NCBI GenBank assembly: GCA_963702475.1
Contig: CAVPCT010000009.1
Coordinates: 192,001-256,000 of the forward strand
DNA length: 64,000 nt
Reading direction: 5' to 3'
Source: an uncultured Thermoleophilia bacterium
GTDB taxonomy: Bacteria; Actinomycetota; Thermoleophilia; UBA2241
A program made the position numbers and the translations under genes. Below are positions 1-12,583 of the stretch, in pieces; the stretch's first letter is position 1; the number at the start of each line of letters is the position of its first letter. The notes beneath the pieces were generated by a model. It had not been told where the DNA came from and made no database searches. It worked only from the letters and a program-made list of their open reading frames with translations.

Positions 1-1
1 C

Positions 2-1570
2 GGCGTCGACGGTATCGAGATCAACGCCGCCGACGACCACCTGCTCCCGACCTTCCTCTCCCGCTTCTGGAACAGGCGCGACGACCGGTACGGTCCCCAG
101 AGCATGGAGAACCGGGCACGCATCGTCGTCGAGATCGTGAGGGGCATCAAGGAGCGTGTCGGTGCGGACTTCCCCGTACAGGTGCGCATGAACGCCATCG
201 AGATCGGCGGCGGCCCCGAGGGCCTGACGCTCGCCGAGGGCAAGGAGCTGGCCGTGCTGCTGGAGGCCGCCGGCGTCGATTCGCTCCACGTCAAGTCTCA
301 CTGGATGGGCATGCATCAGGGCTCCTACAACCAGGAGGTGCTGTTCTACCCGGAACCACACATCCCGCTGAGCGAGTTCCCGCCCGAGCTGGACTGGAGC
401 GGCAAGGGCGCCGGGGCGCAGGTCCCCTTGGCGGCCGGCATCAAAGAGGTGGTCTCGATCCCGGTGATGACCGTCGGCGTGCTCGATGCCGACCTCGGCG
501 AGAAGGCTCTGGGAGAGGGCAAGGCCGACCTCATCGGCATCAACCGGCGGTTCTTCGCCGACCCCGACTACGCGCGCAAGGTCAAGGAGGGCAGGCTGGA
601 CGACATCCAGCCGTGCACGCACTGCGGCACGTGCAACACCAACTACAACAAGCCGCGGTACTGCCGCATCAACGCCTGCTTCGGGCTGGACCAGAACGAG
701 CCGGCGCCGCTGCGCACGAGGAAGAGGGTCCTCGTGGTCGGCGGCGGCCCGGCCGGCATGCAGGCCGCGCGCATCGCTGCCGAGCGCGGCCACGAGGTCC
801 GACTCTGGGACAAGGGCCACTACCTCGGCGGCGCCACACCGCTCGCCAACATGGTGAAGGGCTTCGAGGTCGACGAGCTGGACCGGTTCATCGCATTCTT
901 CCGGCGCCGGATCGGTAAGGTGGGCGTCACCGTGGAACTCGGGCGGGAGTTCGACCCGGAGGTGCTGGACCGCGTGCATCCCGACGCGGTCGTGCTCGCG
1001 CTGGGCGGGGTGCCGGTGCTGCCCGACGTCCCCGGCCTCGACGGCGGGAACGTCGTCAAGACGAGCGACCTCTACGGGAGGCTGCGGCTGGCACTTCGTG
1101 TGTTCGGGCCGCGCCGGCTGCGCGAGCTGACGAAGCTCTGGATGCCGGTCGGCGACGACGTGGTCATCATCGGCGGCGCGATCCAGGGGTGCCAGCTCGG
1201 CGAGTTCCTGACGAAGCGCGGCCGCAGGGTGACGATCGTGGAGACCGGCGACGAGCTGGGCGGCGGCCTGGTCCCCGAGCGCATGACACGCCTCTTCTAC
1301 TGGTTCGACAGGAAGGGCGTAGAACGGCTGACGGGCGTGACGCTCGTGGAGATCACTCCCGACAGCCTCTCGATCGTCACCCGCGAGGGCGATCAGCGGT
1401 TCCTGGCGGCCGACACCGTCATCCCGGTCCTGCCGTTCGTCGCGAACCGGGAGATGGAGGACGCCGTCCGCGCGAGGGTCGCCGAGGTCTACGCGATCGG
1501 CGACTGCGACAGCCCGGCGACCATCCCGGAGGCCATCGCGGCGGGCTGGCGGGTGGGGAACGCGCTGTAG
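2..1570 (+). CDS. NADH:flavin oxidoreductase (OYE / 2,4-dienoyl-CoA reductase / enoate reductase family), 5' partial
   Basis: Frame is open from base 2 (GVDGIEINAADDHLLPTFLSRFWNRRDDRYG, OYE barrel motif). Fe-S motif CTHCGTC...CRIN and VVGGGPAGM FAD-binding motif. Confidence 0.9.
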   Translation, partial: GVDGIEINAADDHLLPTFLSRFWNRRDDRYGPQSMENRARIVVEIVRGIKERVGADFPVQVRMNAIEIGGGPEGLTLAEGKELAVLLEAAGVDSLHVKSHWMGMHQGSYNQEVLFYPEPHIPLSEFPPELDWSGKGAGAQVPLAAGIKEVVSIPVMTVGVLDADLGEKALGEGKADLIGINRRFFADPDYARKVKEGRLDDIQPCTHCGTCNTNYNKPRYCRINACFGLDQNEPAPLRTRKRVLVVGGGPAGMQAARIAAERGHEVRLWDKGHYLGGATPLANMVKGFEVDELDRFIAFFRRRIGKVGVTVELGREFDPEVLDRVHPDAVVLALGGVPVLPDVPGLDGGNVVKTSDLYGRLRLALRVFGPRRLRELTKLWMPVGDDVVIIGGAIQGCQLGEFLTKRGRRVTIVETGDELGGGLVPERMTRLFYWFDRKGVERLTGVTLVEITPDSLSIVTREGDQRFLAADTVIPVLPFVANREMEDAVRARVAEVYAIGDCDSPATIPEAIAAGWRVGNAL

Positions 1571-1625
1571 GCGACTGCGGGCGCCGCGACGGAGGGACAC
1601 GCCGCCGCCCGATCGCGCCGGCTCA

Positions 1626-2561
1626 CTACGGCGTCAGCCAGTCGTGCGTGAGGTCGCGCGGCGCCTCGTCGGCGCGCCCCGGCGCGGGCTCGGCCACGGG
1701 CCAGATGAGCTCGGTGGCGAAGTCGGCCGGATCGGCGGTGTCGCGTTCGTCGCGCACGAAGCGCATGCGTATGGGGCCGCGCAGCACGAGGCCGCTGTCG
1801 GCCAGCCACTCCAGCTGGCGCGCGTAGGCGAAGCGGTAGCCGTCCTCGTACAGGCCGGTGAAGCTGCTGAGCGCGAAGCGGCCGCCGTCCAGGTCCACGA
1901 TGTCGTCGCCGGCGGCGTCCATCGCGCCGTCCACCGGCAGGCAGAGGCGGTAGCGGATCACCGTCTCGTCGCCGCCGGCGAGGCCGATGCGCGGCGCGTC
2001 CGGCAGCACCACGACTTCGCGGCCGCCCGGCGTGAGGCCGCGGGCGCGCGCCTGCGAGGCCAGCGCGTCCGCGAGGTCGATGTAGGACTCGTGGAACTCG
2101 GACCGGGCCATCGTCCCGCACCACAGCATGCAGCGCTCCGCGGGGAGGTCGACCAGCTCGACGGCCGGTGCGGCGCGGAACATGCCGTCGAGCTCGTCGA
2201 TCCGCCCGAGCAGCCGCAGGGCGGCGTCCAGGCGCGCCTGCTCCTGCTCGAGGCGCGCCCGCTGCTGGCGGATGGTCTCGGCCATGCGGTCCGCGGCGGC
2301 GGCGTCGATGTAGGCGCGCATCTCGTTCAAGGGCACGTCGAGGCGGCGCAGCAGGCGGATCATCTCCGCCGCCCGGATGGAGTGCACGTCGTAGGAGCGG
2401 TAGCCGGTCTCGGGGTCAACGTATGCGGGGGGGAGGAGGCCGCGGTCGGCGTAGAGGCGCAGGGCGCGATGGCTCAGCCCGGTGATGCGCGCGAAGATGC
2501 CGATGGGCATGAGGCGCCGGGCGGCCGCCGCCGGTGCCTCGTCCGAGTTCTCTACACTCAT
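1626..2561 (-). CDS. MerR-family regulator with C-terminal GyrI-like effector domain
   Basis: MPIGIFARITGLSHRALRLYADRGLLPPAYVDPETGYRSY is a MerR HTH; BmrR/GyrI-like C-terminus (FTGLYE...TELIWPV). Start chosen at ATG 2561. Confidence 0.85.
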   Translation of the reverse strand: MSVENSDEAPAAAARRLMPIGIFARITGLSHRALRLYADRGLLPPAYVDPETGYRSYDVHSIRAAEMIRLLRRLDVPLNEMRAYIDAAAADRMAETIRQQRARLEQEQARLDAALRLLGRIDELDGMFRAAPAVELVDLPAERCMLWCGTMARSEFHESYIDLADALASQARARGLTPGGREVVVLPDAPRIGLAGGDETVIRYRLCLPVDGAMDAAGDDIVDLDGGRFALSSFTGLYEDGYRFAYARQLEWLADSGLVLRGPIRMRFVRDERDTADPADFATELIWPVAEPAPGRADEAPRDLTHDWLTP

Positions 2562-2676
2562 GTCCACCACTCTAGTGCGAGCCCGGGACGGGAGCCAGCG
2601 AGAGCCCCGGCGGCACGCCGTGGCCGACCGTCGCCCGGGCGGGCTCATCGCGTCCGGCAGCCCTGGATCCGCCGCG

Positions 2677-2707
2677 TTGACTCTGACCCGCGTCAGTGTT
2701 GGAAGGT
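2677..2707 (+). promoter_or_regulatory. MerR-type promoter/operator (19-bp spacer with dyad)
   Basis: TTGACT-N19-GAAGGT overlapped by the inverted repeat ACTCTGAC-ccgc-GTCAGTGT (7/8 match), divergent from the MerR gene. Confidence 0.65.
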
Positions 2708-2785
2708 GCCGGGAGCGACGAGCGGCGCGGTCGCAGCGTCACGCCGCGCGCCGCCGCACACAGCACTCGAGGGAGGTCAGCACTC

Positions 2786-4279
2786 GTGAACGACATCATC
2801 GACGGGCTCGCTGCGCTCGTCGGCCGCGACAACGTCGCGGCCGATCCGGCGAGCCTGCAGGAGTACGCCGCGGACGAGAGCTTCGCGCCGCGGCTGGCGC
2901 CGTGGGCCATCGTGCGCCCCGGCTCGGCCGAAGAGGTGCAGAAGGTGGTCGCCTGGGCCAACGAGACGGCGACGCCGCTGGTGCCGGTCAGCTCCGGCGG
3001 GCCGCACTTCTATGGCGACACGGTGCCGAGCGTGCCGGGCGCCGTGATGCTCGACCTGCGCCGGATGGACCGCATCCTGCGGATCGACCGGCGCAACCGC
3101 ATGGCAGTCATCGAGCCTGGAGTCACGTACCCGCAGCTGCAGGCGGCGCTGGCCGATCACGGCATGCGGCTCGCGATGCCGCTCATGCCCCGCGCGGACA
3201 AGTCGGTCGTCGCGAGCCTGCTCGAGCGGCAGCCGACGCTGATCCCGCGCTACAACTTCCACCTGCCCGAGCCGCTGCGCAGCTGCGGCGTGGTGTGGGG
3301 CAACGGCGACGTGATGTTCACCGGCGAGGCCGGCGCCGGCCCGCTCTCCCTCGAGGCCCAGTGGCAGGGTGGCCTCGTGCAGGCCGACCCCAAGGGCCCC
3401 GGCCAGACCGACTTCTTCCGCCTGCTCACCGGTGCTCAGGGCACGTTCGGCGTGGTCACCTGGGCGGCCGTGCGCTGTGACCTCGTGCCGGCCGCGCACG
3501 AGGAGCTGTACGCCTGTGCCGACGAGCTCGACGAGCTGGTCGACTTCGTCTACAGGCTCGACCGGATCCGGCTCGGCGACGAGGTCTTCATCGTCAACGA
3601 CGCGGAGCTGGCGCGGCTGCTGGCCGCGCGGGGCGCCGCCGTGGACCGCGCCGCGCTCCCGGCCTGGACGCTCGTCCTCGGCCTCGGCGGCCGCGAGCAC
3701 TTCGCCGCCGAGCGCGTCGCCGTGCAGAAGAAGGACGCCGCGGCGCTGGCCGCCGCATTCGGGTTGACGTTGCAGACCGTGGTGCCAGGCACGTCCGCGA
3801 GCGACGTCGCCGACCTCGTCGGCGCCTGCTGCGCCGAGCCCTGGAAGCTCGACGCCACCGGCGCCTGCGCCGACGTCTTCTTCGTCACCACGCTGCAGGA
3901 GACGCCGGCATTCGTGGAGATCGCCCACATGGTCGCCGACGCGCACGACTACCCGGTCGACGAGATCGGCGTGTACGTCCAGCCACAGCACCAGGGCGTG
4001 ACGCACCACGTCGAGCTCTCGCTGCCCTACGACCCCGTCGACGCCGGAGCGATGCACGAGGTCGCCGACGAGCTGGTGAACAACCTCATCGGCACCGGCG
4101 CCTACTTCAGCCGTCCCTATGGGTCATGGGCCCGCCCCGTCTACAACCGCGACGCCGCCTCGCGCGACGCCCTGCGCAAGGTCAAGGCCATCTTCGACCC
4201 CAACGGCGTCATGAACCCCGGCAAGCTGTGCTTCGGTCCACCTGCCGTCGCGCCCGTGCCCGTCGGCAAGGAGGCCTGA
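2786..4279 (+). CDS. FAD-binding oxidoreductase (PCMH/GlcD/VAO-type FAD_binding_4)
   Basis: IVRPGSAEEVQKVV, DLRRMDRILRID, GAQGTFGVVT and C-terminal KAIFDPNGVMNPGK; GGAGGT RBS before GTG 2786. Confidence 0.85.
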   Translation: MNDIIDGLAALVGRDNVAADPASLQEYAADESFAPRLAPWAIVRPGSAEEVQKVVAWANETATPLVPVSSGGPHFYGDTVPSVPGAVMLDLRRMDRILRIDRRNRMAVIEPGVTYPQLQAALADHGMRLAMPLMPRADKSVVASLLERQPTLIPRYNFHLPEPLRSCGVVWGNGDVMFTGEAGAGPLSLEAQWQGGLVQADPKGPGQTDFFRLLTGAQGTFGVVTWAAVRCDLVPAAHEELYACADELDELVDFVYRLDRIRLGDEVFIVNDAELARLLAARGAAVDRAALPAWTLVLGLGGREHFAAERVAVQKKDAAALAAAFGLTLQTVVPGTSASDVADLVGACCAEPWKLDATGACADVFFVTTLQETPAFVEIAHMVADAHDYPVDEIGVYVQPQHQGVTHHVELSLPYDPVDAGAMHEVADELVNNLIGTGAYFSRPYGSWARPVYNRDAASRDALRKVKAIFDPNGVMNPGKLCFGPPAVAPVPVGKEA

Positions 4280-4280
4280 C

Positions 4281-5612
4281 ATGACACTCACCGACTTCCG
4301 CCCCGACGCCATGCGCTGCACGCGCTGCAGCTACTGCAAGTGGATCCCGTTCGACCTCATCAAGAGCGCGAGGTTCTCGGCCGGCTGCCCGTCCATCGAA
4401 GCCGGCGGCTTCCACGCCTACTCCGCGGGCGGCCGCCTGGTCACCGCGCTGAGCCTCATGGACGGCCGCTCCGACGTCACCGACAAGGTCGTCGACGTCG
4501 CCTTCACGTGCCAGCTCTGCGGCAACTGCGACGTGGCCTGCAAGCTGTGCCGCTACGACATGGAGCCGCTGGCGGCGTTGCGCGAGCTCCGCGCCCACCT
4601 CGTCGAGCAGGACCGCGTGCCCGATGCGTACCGCCCGATCACCGAGTGGACGCGGGCGGCGCTCGCCGGCAAGGGCCCCAAGACCCCGGCCGACCGCAAC
4701 CAGTGGGCCGAGGGCCTTGGCCTCGTCGACCCGGCGCAGGATGCCTGCGACGTCGTGTTCTACGCCGGCTGCAAGTACTCCGGCGAGGAGAGCCTGCGCC
4801 AGACGGTTCGCACGCAGGTGCGGCTGCTGCAGCTCGCCGGCCTCACCGTCGGCCTGTTCGAGAACGGCTGTTGCGGCGGCCTCGCCGACAAGATGGGCTA
4901 CCGCGCCGAGGCCGAGCAGGCCGGCAACCGCATGATGGCGCAGTGGCAGGACGCCGGGGTCAAGACGGTCGTGACGCCGTGCGCGGACTGCCGCCACATG
5001 TTCACCCGCGTCTATCCGGCTTACGAAGGCGCGTGGGACGGCATGCCCGAGGTCCTGCACACAGTCGAGTGCGTCGAGCGCCTGGTGCGCGAGGAGCGGC
5101 TCGAGCTCACCACACCCGTCGAGAAGACCGTGACGTACCACGACCCGTGCAACCTCGGCCGCCAGGGCGAGCCCCACGAGCCCTGGGCCGGCGTCGAGAA
5201 GAAGATCTACGGCCAGGCGGTGGTCTACGACCCGCCGCGCCCGCGCTACAACGGCACGAAGGGCGTCTACCAGCCGCCACGCGACCTGCTCGGCGCGATC
5301 CCCGGCCTCGAGCTGGTCGAGATGGAGCGCTCGCGGGAGGCCGCCTGGTGCTGCGGCGCCGGCGGCGCCTGCCGCGAGGCGTTCCCCGAGTACTCGGCGG
5401 CCACGGCGGCCGAGCGCCTCGAGGAGGCGGCCTCCACCGGCGCAGAGGCCCTCGTCACCGCCTGCTCACGCTGCGAGCTGAACTTCAACGAGGGCGTGAC
5501 GGCGGCGCGTGACGGCGCGCCCGGCGCCGCCGCCTCGGCCGCGGATCTCGAGGTCTGGGACGTGCTGGAGCTCGTCGCGCTCTCCGCCGGACTCGCGAAG
5601 GAGGCCTCATGA
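4281..5612 (+). CDS. (Fe-S)-binding protein, GlcF/HdrD-like, with two CCG domains
   Basis: CTRCSYC...CPS, CQLCGNCDVAC, CCGG, TPCADC, YHDPCNLGR, WCCGAGG, TACSRC. Confidence 0.88.
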   Translation: MTLTDFRPDAMRCTRCSYCKWIPFDLIKSARFSAGCPSIEAGGFHAYSAGGRLVTALSLMDGRSDVTDKVVDVAFTCQLCGNCDVACKLCRYDMEPLAALRELRAHLVEQDRVPDAYRPITEWTRAALAGKGPKTPADRNQWAEGLGLVDPAQDACDVVFYAGCKYSGEESLRQTVRTQVRLLQLAGLTVGLFENGCCGGLADKMGYRAEAEQAGNRMMAQWQDAGVKTVVTPCADCRHMFTRVYPAYEGAWDGMPEVLHTVECVERLVREERLELTTPVEKTVTYHDPCNLGRQGEPHEPWAGVEKKIYGQAVVYDPPRPRYNGTKGVYQPPRDLLGAIPGLELVEMERSREAAWCCGAGGACREAFPEYSAATAAERLEEAASTGAEALVTACSRCELNFNEGVTAARDGAPGAAASAADLEVWDVLELVALSAGLAKEAS

Positions 5613-7315
5613 GCCCCAGCTACGCCAAGCCCACGACGCCGGCCGAGACCGCCGCGTCCTCGCCGCAGATCGGTGACGACGCCTACCGCGCCCTCGAGGA
5701 CATCGTCGGCGCCGCCAACGTCTCGCGCGACGGCGCCGTGCTCGACACCTACGCCTTCCAGTGGCTCGCCGAGGTGGTGCGGCCGGACCAGAGCCACTAC
5801 ATGCCGCGTCCGGCCGCCGTCGTGCTACCGGGCTCGACGGAGGAGGTCCAGGCGATCGTGCGCCTGGCCAACAAGTACGGCCTCAAGGTGAAGCCGCACG
5901 GGACCGGCTGGTACCACTGGTCCGGTCCCATCAAGGACACGGACGCGACGCTGCAGCTCGACATGCGCCGTATGAACAGGATCGTCGAGATCGACGACCA
6001 GAACATGTACGCCGTCGTGGAGCCGTACGTCATCGCGGCCCAGCTCCAGGCGGAACTCCTCCCGCTGGGCCTCAACCTCAACATCCCCGGCGTCGGCTGC
6101 TCCAGCTCCATCGTGGCCAGCGCCTGCGCCTACCACGGCGCCGGCCCGGACACGTACTTCATGGGCGGCAACGCCGAGAACGTGCTCGGCATGGAGTGGG
6201 TCACGCCTGAGGGCGAGATCGTCCGCACCGGCTCGCTCGGCTCCGGCGACGGCTGGTTCTGCAGCGAGGGCCCGGGCCCGAGCGTGCGCGGCATCTGCCG
6301 GGGCACGCTCGGCAGCCGCGGCGGCCTCGGCGTGTACACCAGGTGCGCCGTCAAGCTCGCCCCGCACCTCGGCCAGACGGAGTGGAACGTCCACGGCACC
6401 GCGCCGGCGTACCGCCTGCCCGTCCACGAGAACATGCGCGTCTACACCCTCGCCGTCCCCGACTGGGACGCCTGGGCCGAGATCTACTACCGCATCTACG
6501 ACAACGAGATCGGCTACATCTTCCACCGCCAGTTCAACCTGGCCGGCGCCGACCTCGCGCCCGCCTTCTGGCTCATGTACAACGACCCGGAGAAGACGCT
6601 CTCGGACGTGCCGGACATCGTCGCCGACCCCGAGGTCGCCAAGCTCACGGAGGAGATGCGCATCAGTTTCCAGCTGATCCTCCAGGGGCGGTCCAAAGAG
6701 GACATCGAGCTCCAGGACAGGATCCTCGACGCGATCCTCGAGGAGACCGGCAGCTGGAAGGTCGAGCGATACTGCGAGCAGGACATGGCCGAGTTCACCA
6801 ACGTGTACCTGCAGCGGCTCGGCCACAAGCACATCAACTTCGTGTGGGCCGGCGGCTACATCGGCAGCTGGATGCAGTTCGGCACGCCGGACTGGGTGAA
6901 GGGGTACGTCCCGACGGCCATCGACGGCCTCGCCCGCGACGCCTCGGGCGGCAAGCTCGTCCAGTGCGGCGGCGACGCGATGATGGGCTCCGGCTCGGGC
7001 ATCCCGCTCGGCGGCGCCACCGGCCTCGAGCAGTTCGTGAGCTACGACCCCGACGACCACGAGTCCACGCTGGCCGGCATCAGGCACATGGAGGACGCCG
7101 TCAAGGACGCCCGCGGCATCGGGTACCCGCCCGGCAAGGAGTTCATCTACCTGCAGATCGGCTGGACCGACGAGCAGATCTGGGACGCCCTGGCGCACGC
7201 CGGGCAGCCCCAGGTCTACCGTTACCAGCGCAAGATCAAGGCGGCGTTCGACCCCAACGACGTCGGCGACCGCATGTACCCGACGCTGCCGCTGGACTAC
7301 GAGCCCGGCAGCTGA
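5609..7315 (+). CDS. FAD-binding oxidoreductase (PCMH/VAO-type), second subunit or paralogue
   Basis: VVLPGSTEEVQAIVRLAN, LDMRRMNRIVEID, KIKAAFDPN; ATGA overlap with the upstream gene. Confidence 0.85.
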   Translation: MSPSYAKPTTPAETAASSPQIGDDAYRALEDIVGAANVSRDGAVLDTYAFQWLAEVVRPDQSHYMPRPAAVVLPGSTEEVQAIVRLANKYGLKVKPHGTGWYHWSGPIKDTDATLQLDMRRMNRIVEIDDQNMYAVVEPYVIAAQLQAELLPLGLNLNIPGVGCSSSIVASACAYHGAGPDTYFMGGNAENVLGMEWVTPEGEIVRTGSLGSGDGWFCSEGPGPSVRGICRGTLGSRGGLGVYTRCAVKLAPHLGQTEWNVHGTAPAYRLPVHENMRVYTLAVPDWDAWAEIYYRIYDNEIGYIFHRQFNLAGADLAPAFWLMYNDPEKTLSDVPDIVADPEVAKLTEEMRISFQLILQGRSKEDIELQDRILDAILEETGSWKVERYCEQDMAEFTNVYLQRLGHKHINFVWAGGYIGSWMQFGTPDWVKGYVPTAIDGLARDASGGKLVQCGGDAMMGSGSGIPLGGATGLEQFVSYDPDDHESTLAGIRHMEDAVKDARGIGYPPGKEFIYLQIGWTDEQIWDALAHAGQPQVYRYQRKIKAAFDPNDVGDRMYPTLPLDYEPGS

Positions 7316-7323
7316 TGGTCGGA

Positions 7324-7363
7324 GAGCGGGGCGGCCCCGGAGCGCCTCCGGGCCGCCCCGCTC
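7324..7363 (+). terminator. GC-rich hairpin, likely intrinsic terminator
   Basis: GAGCGGGGCGGCC(C)CGGAG-cgc-CTCCGGGCCGCCCCGCTC just after the stop at 7315. Confidence 0.6.
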
Positions 7364-7410
7364 CGCCCTTGCCGTCCGCAATCCGAGCGGTGTCTCAGGT
7401 GATCGCTGTG

Positions 7411-7490
7411 GAAACGATTGACAATCGAGCTACATGCCCTTTAGATACGTGGACTTCTGTGAAGTCAACACGACTAATCCTCGTATAGAG
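7411..7490 (+). promoter_or_regulatory. Promoter/operator region of the Liv-type ABC operon
   Basis: AT-rich; TTGACA (7418)-N17-TTAGAT; palindromes CGATTG-A-CAATCG and GACTTC-tgt-GAAGTC; half-site motif shared with 25318 and 26443. Confidence 0.55.
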
Positions 7491-7521
7491 TGATGGACGT
7501 GAACGACAGTTGGGGGGACGG

Positions 7522-8405
7522 ATGAGCGTCAGTCAGTGGCTGCAGCTTCTCATCTCCGGCATCGTGACCGGCGCGATCTACGCGCTCGTCGGACTCGGGT
7601 ACGTCACCATCTACCGCACCTCCCGCGTGGTGAACTTCGCGCAGGGGTCCTTCGTGATGCTCGGCGCGCTGATCACGTACTCGCTGCTCAAGGAGGCCGG
7701 GCTGCCGTTCTGGCTCTCCGGCATCATCGCGGTGGTGGCCGTTGTCGCCATCGCCATCGCCATGTACTTCCTCGTCATCGCGCCGATCATCAAGGTCTCG
7801 CTCGTCTCGATGATCCTCGTCACCATCGGCGTGAGCTTCCTGCTCGAGGGCCTCGCGTTGGTCAAGTGGGGCGGGTATGGGCTCGGCATCCCGAGCTTCC
7901 CCGGCAGCCGCACCCTGCACCTCTGGAAGCTGACCATGGAGGTGCAGAACATCTGGGTCATCGCGGTCGCAGCGCTGCTCTTCATCGGGCTGTGGGCACT
8001 GTCCAACCGCACGAGGGTGGGCAAGCAGATGACGGCCACCGCGAGTGACCCGCTCTCCGCGAGCCTCTCCGGCATCTCCACCACACGCATGGTCGTATTG
8101 GCGTTCGCGATCAGCGCCGCCATCGGCGCCATCGGGGGCATCTGCGTCGGATCCATCAGCCCCATGAGCTACGCCTCCGGCGGCATGCTCGGCCTGGCGG
8201 GGTTCATCGCCGCCATCGTCGGGGGCTGGGGTTCGAGCAGCGGCGCTATCGTCGGTGGCCTCACGGTCGGCATCGCCGAGTCGCTGGCGTCCGGGCTCCT
8301 TCCCGGCGGCTACCGCAGCGCCGTGGCCTACGTGCTGCTCATCATCATCCTGTACTTCCGGCCCTCCGGGATCCTCGGCAAAGGCGGCGCGGCGGAGGCT
8401 GGGCA

Positions 8406-8409
<4 letters not shown>
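7522..8409 (+). CDS. Branched-chain amino acid-type ABC permease (LivH-like)
   Basis: GAIYALVGLGYVTIYRTSRVVNFAQGSF, IVGGWGS, RPSGILG. Confidence 0.9.
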
Positions 8410-11175
<2,766 letters not shown>

Positions 11176-11223
11176 CCCTCAAGGACCTGCCGATCAGGCA
11201 ACAAAGCGAGACAAGGGGGAGAG

Positions 11224-12465
11224 ATGAGTAGACGGAAGTGGATGGCGGTGGCGCTCGTGGCGCTCCTCGTCATCGTCGCGGCGGCTGTCGCGCTGGGTGG
11301 CTGCGGCAGCGAGGAGACCACCACGGATACGTCGGCGTCCGCATCGGCGGCTCCGGCCGGCGGCACCATCAAGGTGGGGTTCGTCAACTCGGCGACCGGC
11401 GTCAGCGCCGCGCCGAACCAGGCCATCGTCGGCTCGACCATGGGCGCGATCGAGGAGACCAACGCCAAGGGCGGCATCGACGGCAAGTGGATCATCGAGC
11501 CCATCACCAAGGACGACGGCTCCGACGTCGCCAAGGCGTCCGCGGCCATCACGCAGCTCATCCAGCAGGACAAGGTCGACTTCATCCTGCAGCCGTGGGT
11601 GGACTTCATCGCCCCGGTGGCCCGTGGCATCGAGGAGAAGGCCGGCATGCCGGGCGTGCTCTCGTATCACCCCGCCAAGGGCGACACCGCGACGTACAAG
11701 TGGACCTTCAGCAACGCGCAGGGCGCGGAGGACAACGCCGACGCCCTGGTCAAGATCTTCGCGGCGCAGGGCTGGAAGACCGTCGTCGGCGTCGGTGACG
11801 TGCTCACCATCCAGCAGGAGACGCTGGACTTCTGCGCTGAGATGGCTCCGAGCCAGGGCATCACGTTCACCAAGATGAAGGACCAGTGGCCGCTCGACCA
11901 GACCGACTTCAGCGGCGTCGCCTCCAAGATCGTGGCGGCCTGTGACAGTGCCAAGGCCGACGCGCTGGCCCTCATGATCACCGCTCCGCAGGCCGACGCG
12001 ATGATGAAGGCCCTCAAGGGCGCCGGGCTCGACATCCCGGTCATCGGTGGTCCGCCGCTGGCGCAGGCCATCCCGCTGTTCGCCGCAGGCACCGAGAACG
12101 TCGACGGCATGTACCTCATCTCCACCGCCGTGACGGCCGGCCCGCAGCTGCCGGACAGCTATCCGCCGAAGCCGATGGTCGTGGGCTTCTACGATGCTGT
12201 CATGGCCGAGACCAACGCTCCGCCGGACAACTTCGGCGCCTGGGCGTTCGACGCCGTCATGCTGATGAACGAGGCCGTGACCAAGGCCGGCAGCATCGAC
12301 AAGCAAGCCGTGCGCGACGCTTTCGAATCGATCACCGGCTTCTACGGCGTCGCCGGTCAGTACAACTACTCCGCCGACGACCACATCGGTATCCACGGCG
12401 GCATGTGGCTGTACCAGATCGTGAAGGGCGAGTACAAGCTCATCGGGGACGCGGCCATCAACTGA
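11224..12465 (+). CDS. ABC substrate-binding lipoprotein (LivK/periplasmic binding protein type 1)
   Basis: Signal peptide with lipobox LGGC; IKVGFV, NAKGGIDG, TDFSGVASKI, YDAV. Confidence 0.88.
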   Translation: MSRRKWMAVALVALLVIVAAAVALGGCGSEETTTDTSASASAAPAGGTIKVGFVNSATGVSAAPNQAIVGSTMGAIEETNAKGGIDGKWIIEPITKDDGSDVAKASAAITQLIQQDKVDFILQPWVDFIAPVARGIEEKAGMPGVLSYHPAKGDTATYKWTFSNAQGAEDNADALVKIFAAQGWKTVVGVGDVLTIQQETLDFCAEMAPSQGITFTKMKDQWPLDQTDFSGVASKIVAACDSAKADALALMITAPQADAMMKALKGAGLDIPVIGGPPLAQAIPLFAAGTENVDGMYLISTAVTAGPQLPDSYPPKPMVVGFYDAVMAETNAPPDNFGAWAFDAVMLMNEAVTKAGSIDKQAVRDAFESITGFYGVAGQYNYSADDHIGIHGGMWLYQIVKGEYKLIGDAAIN

Positions 12466-12484
12466 CGCCGCGCCGTCTCTTCTC

Positions 12485-12520
12485 AAGCTCCGGGAGGGCG
12501 CACGGGCCCTCCCGGAGCTT
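12485..12520 (+). terminator. Hairpin terminator after the ABC operon
   Basis: Perfect 15-bp stem AAGCTCCGGGAGGGC / GCCCTCCCGGAGCTT. Confidence 0.7.
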
Positions 12521-12583
12521 ACCGAGACTCCTCCCGATCGAGGGAGCGTCGCGTGTGAGGCCAGTCCGTGCGGGAGGATCGAC

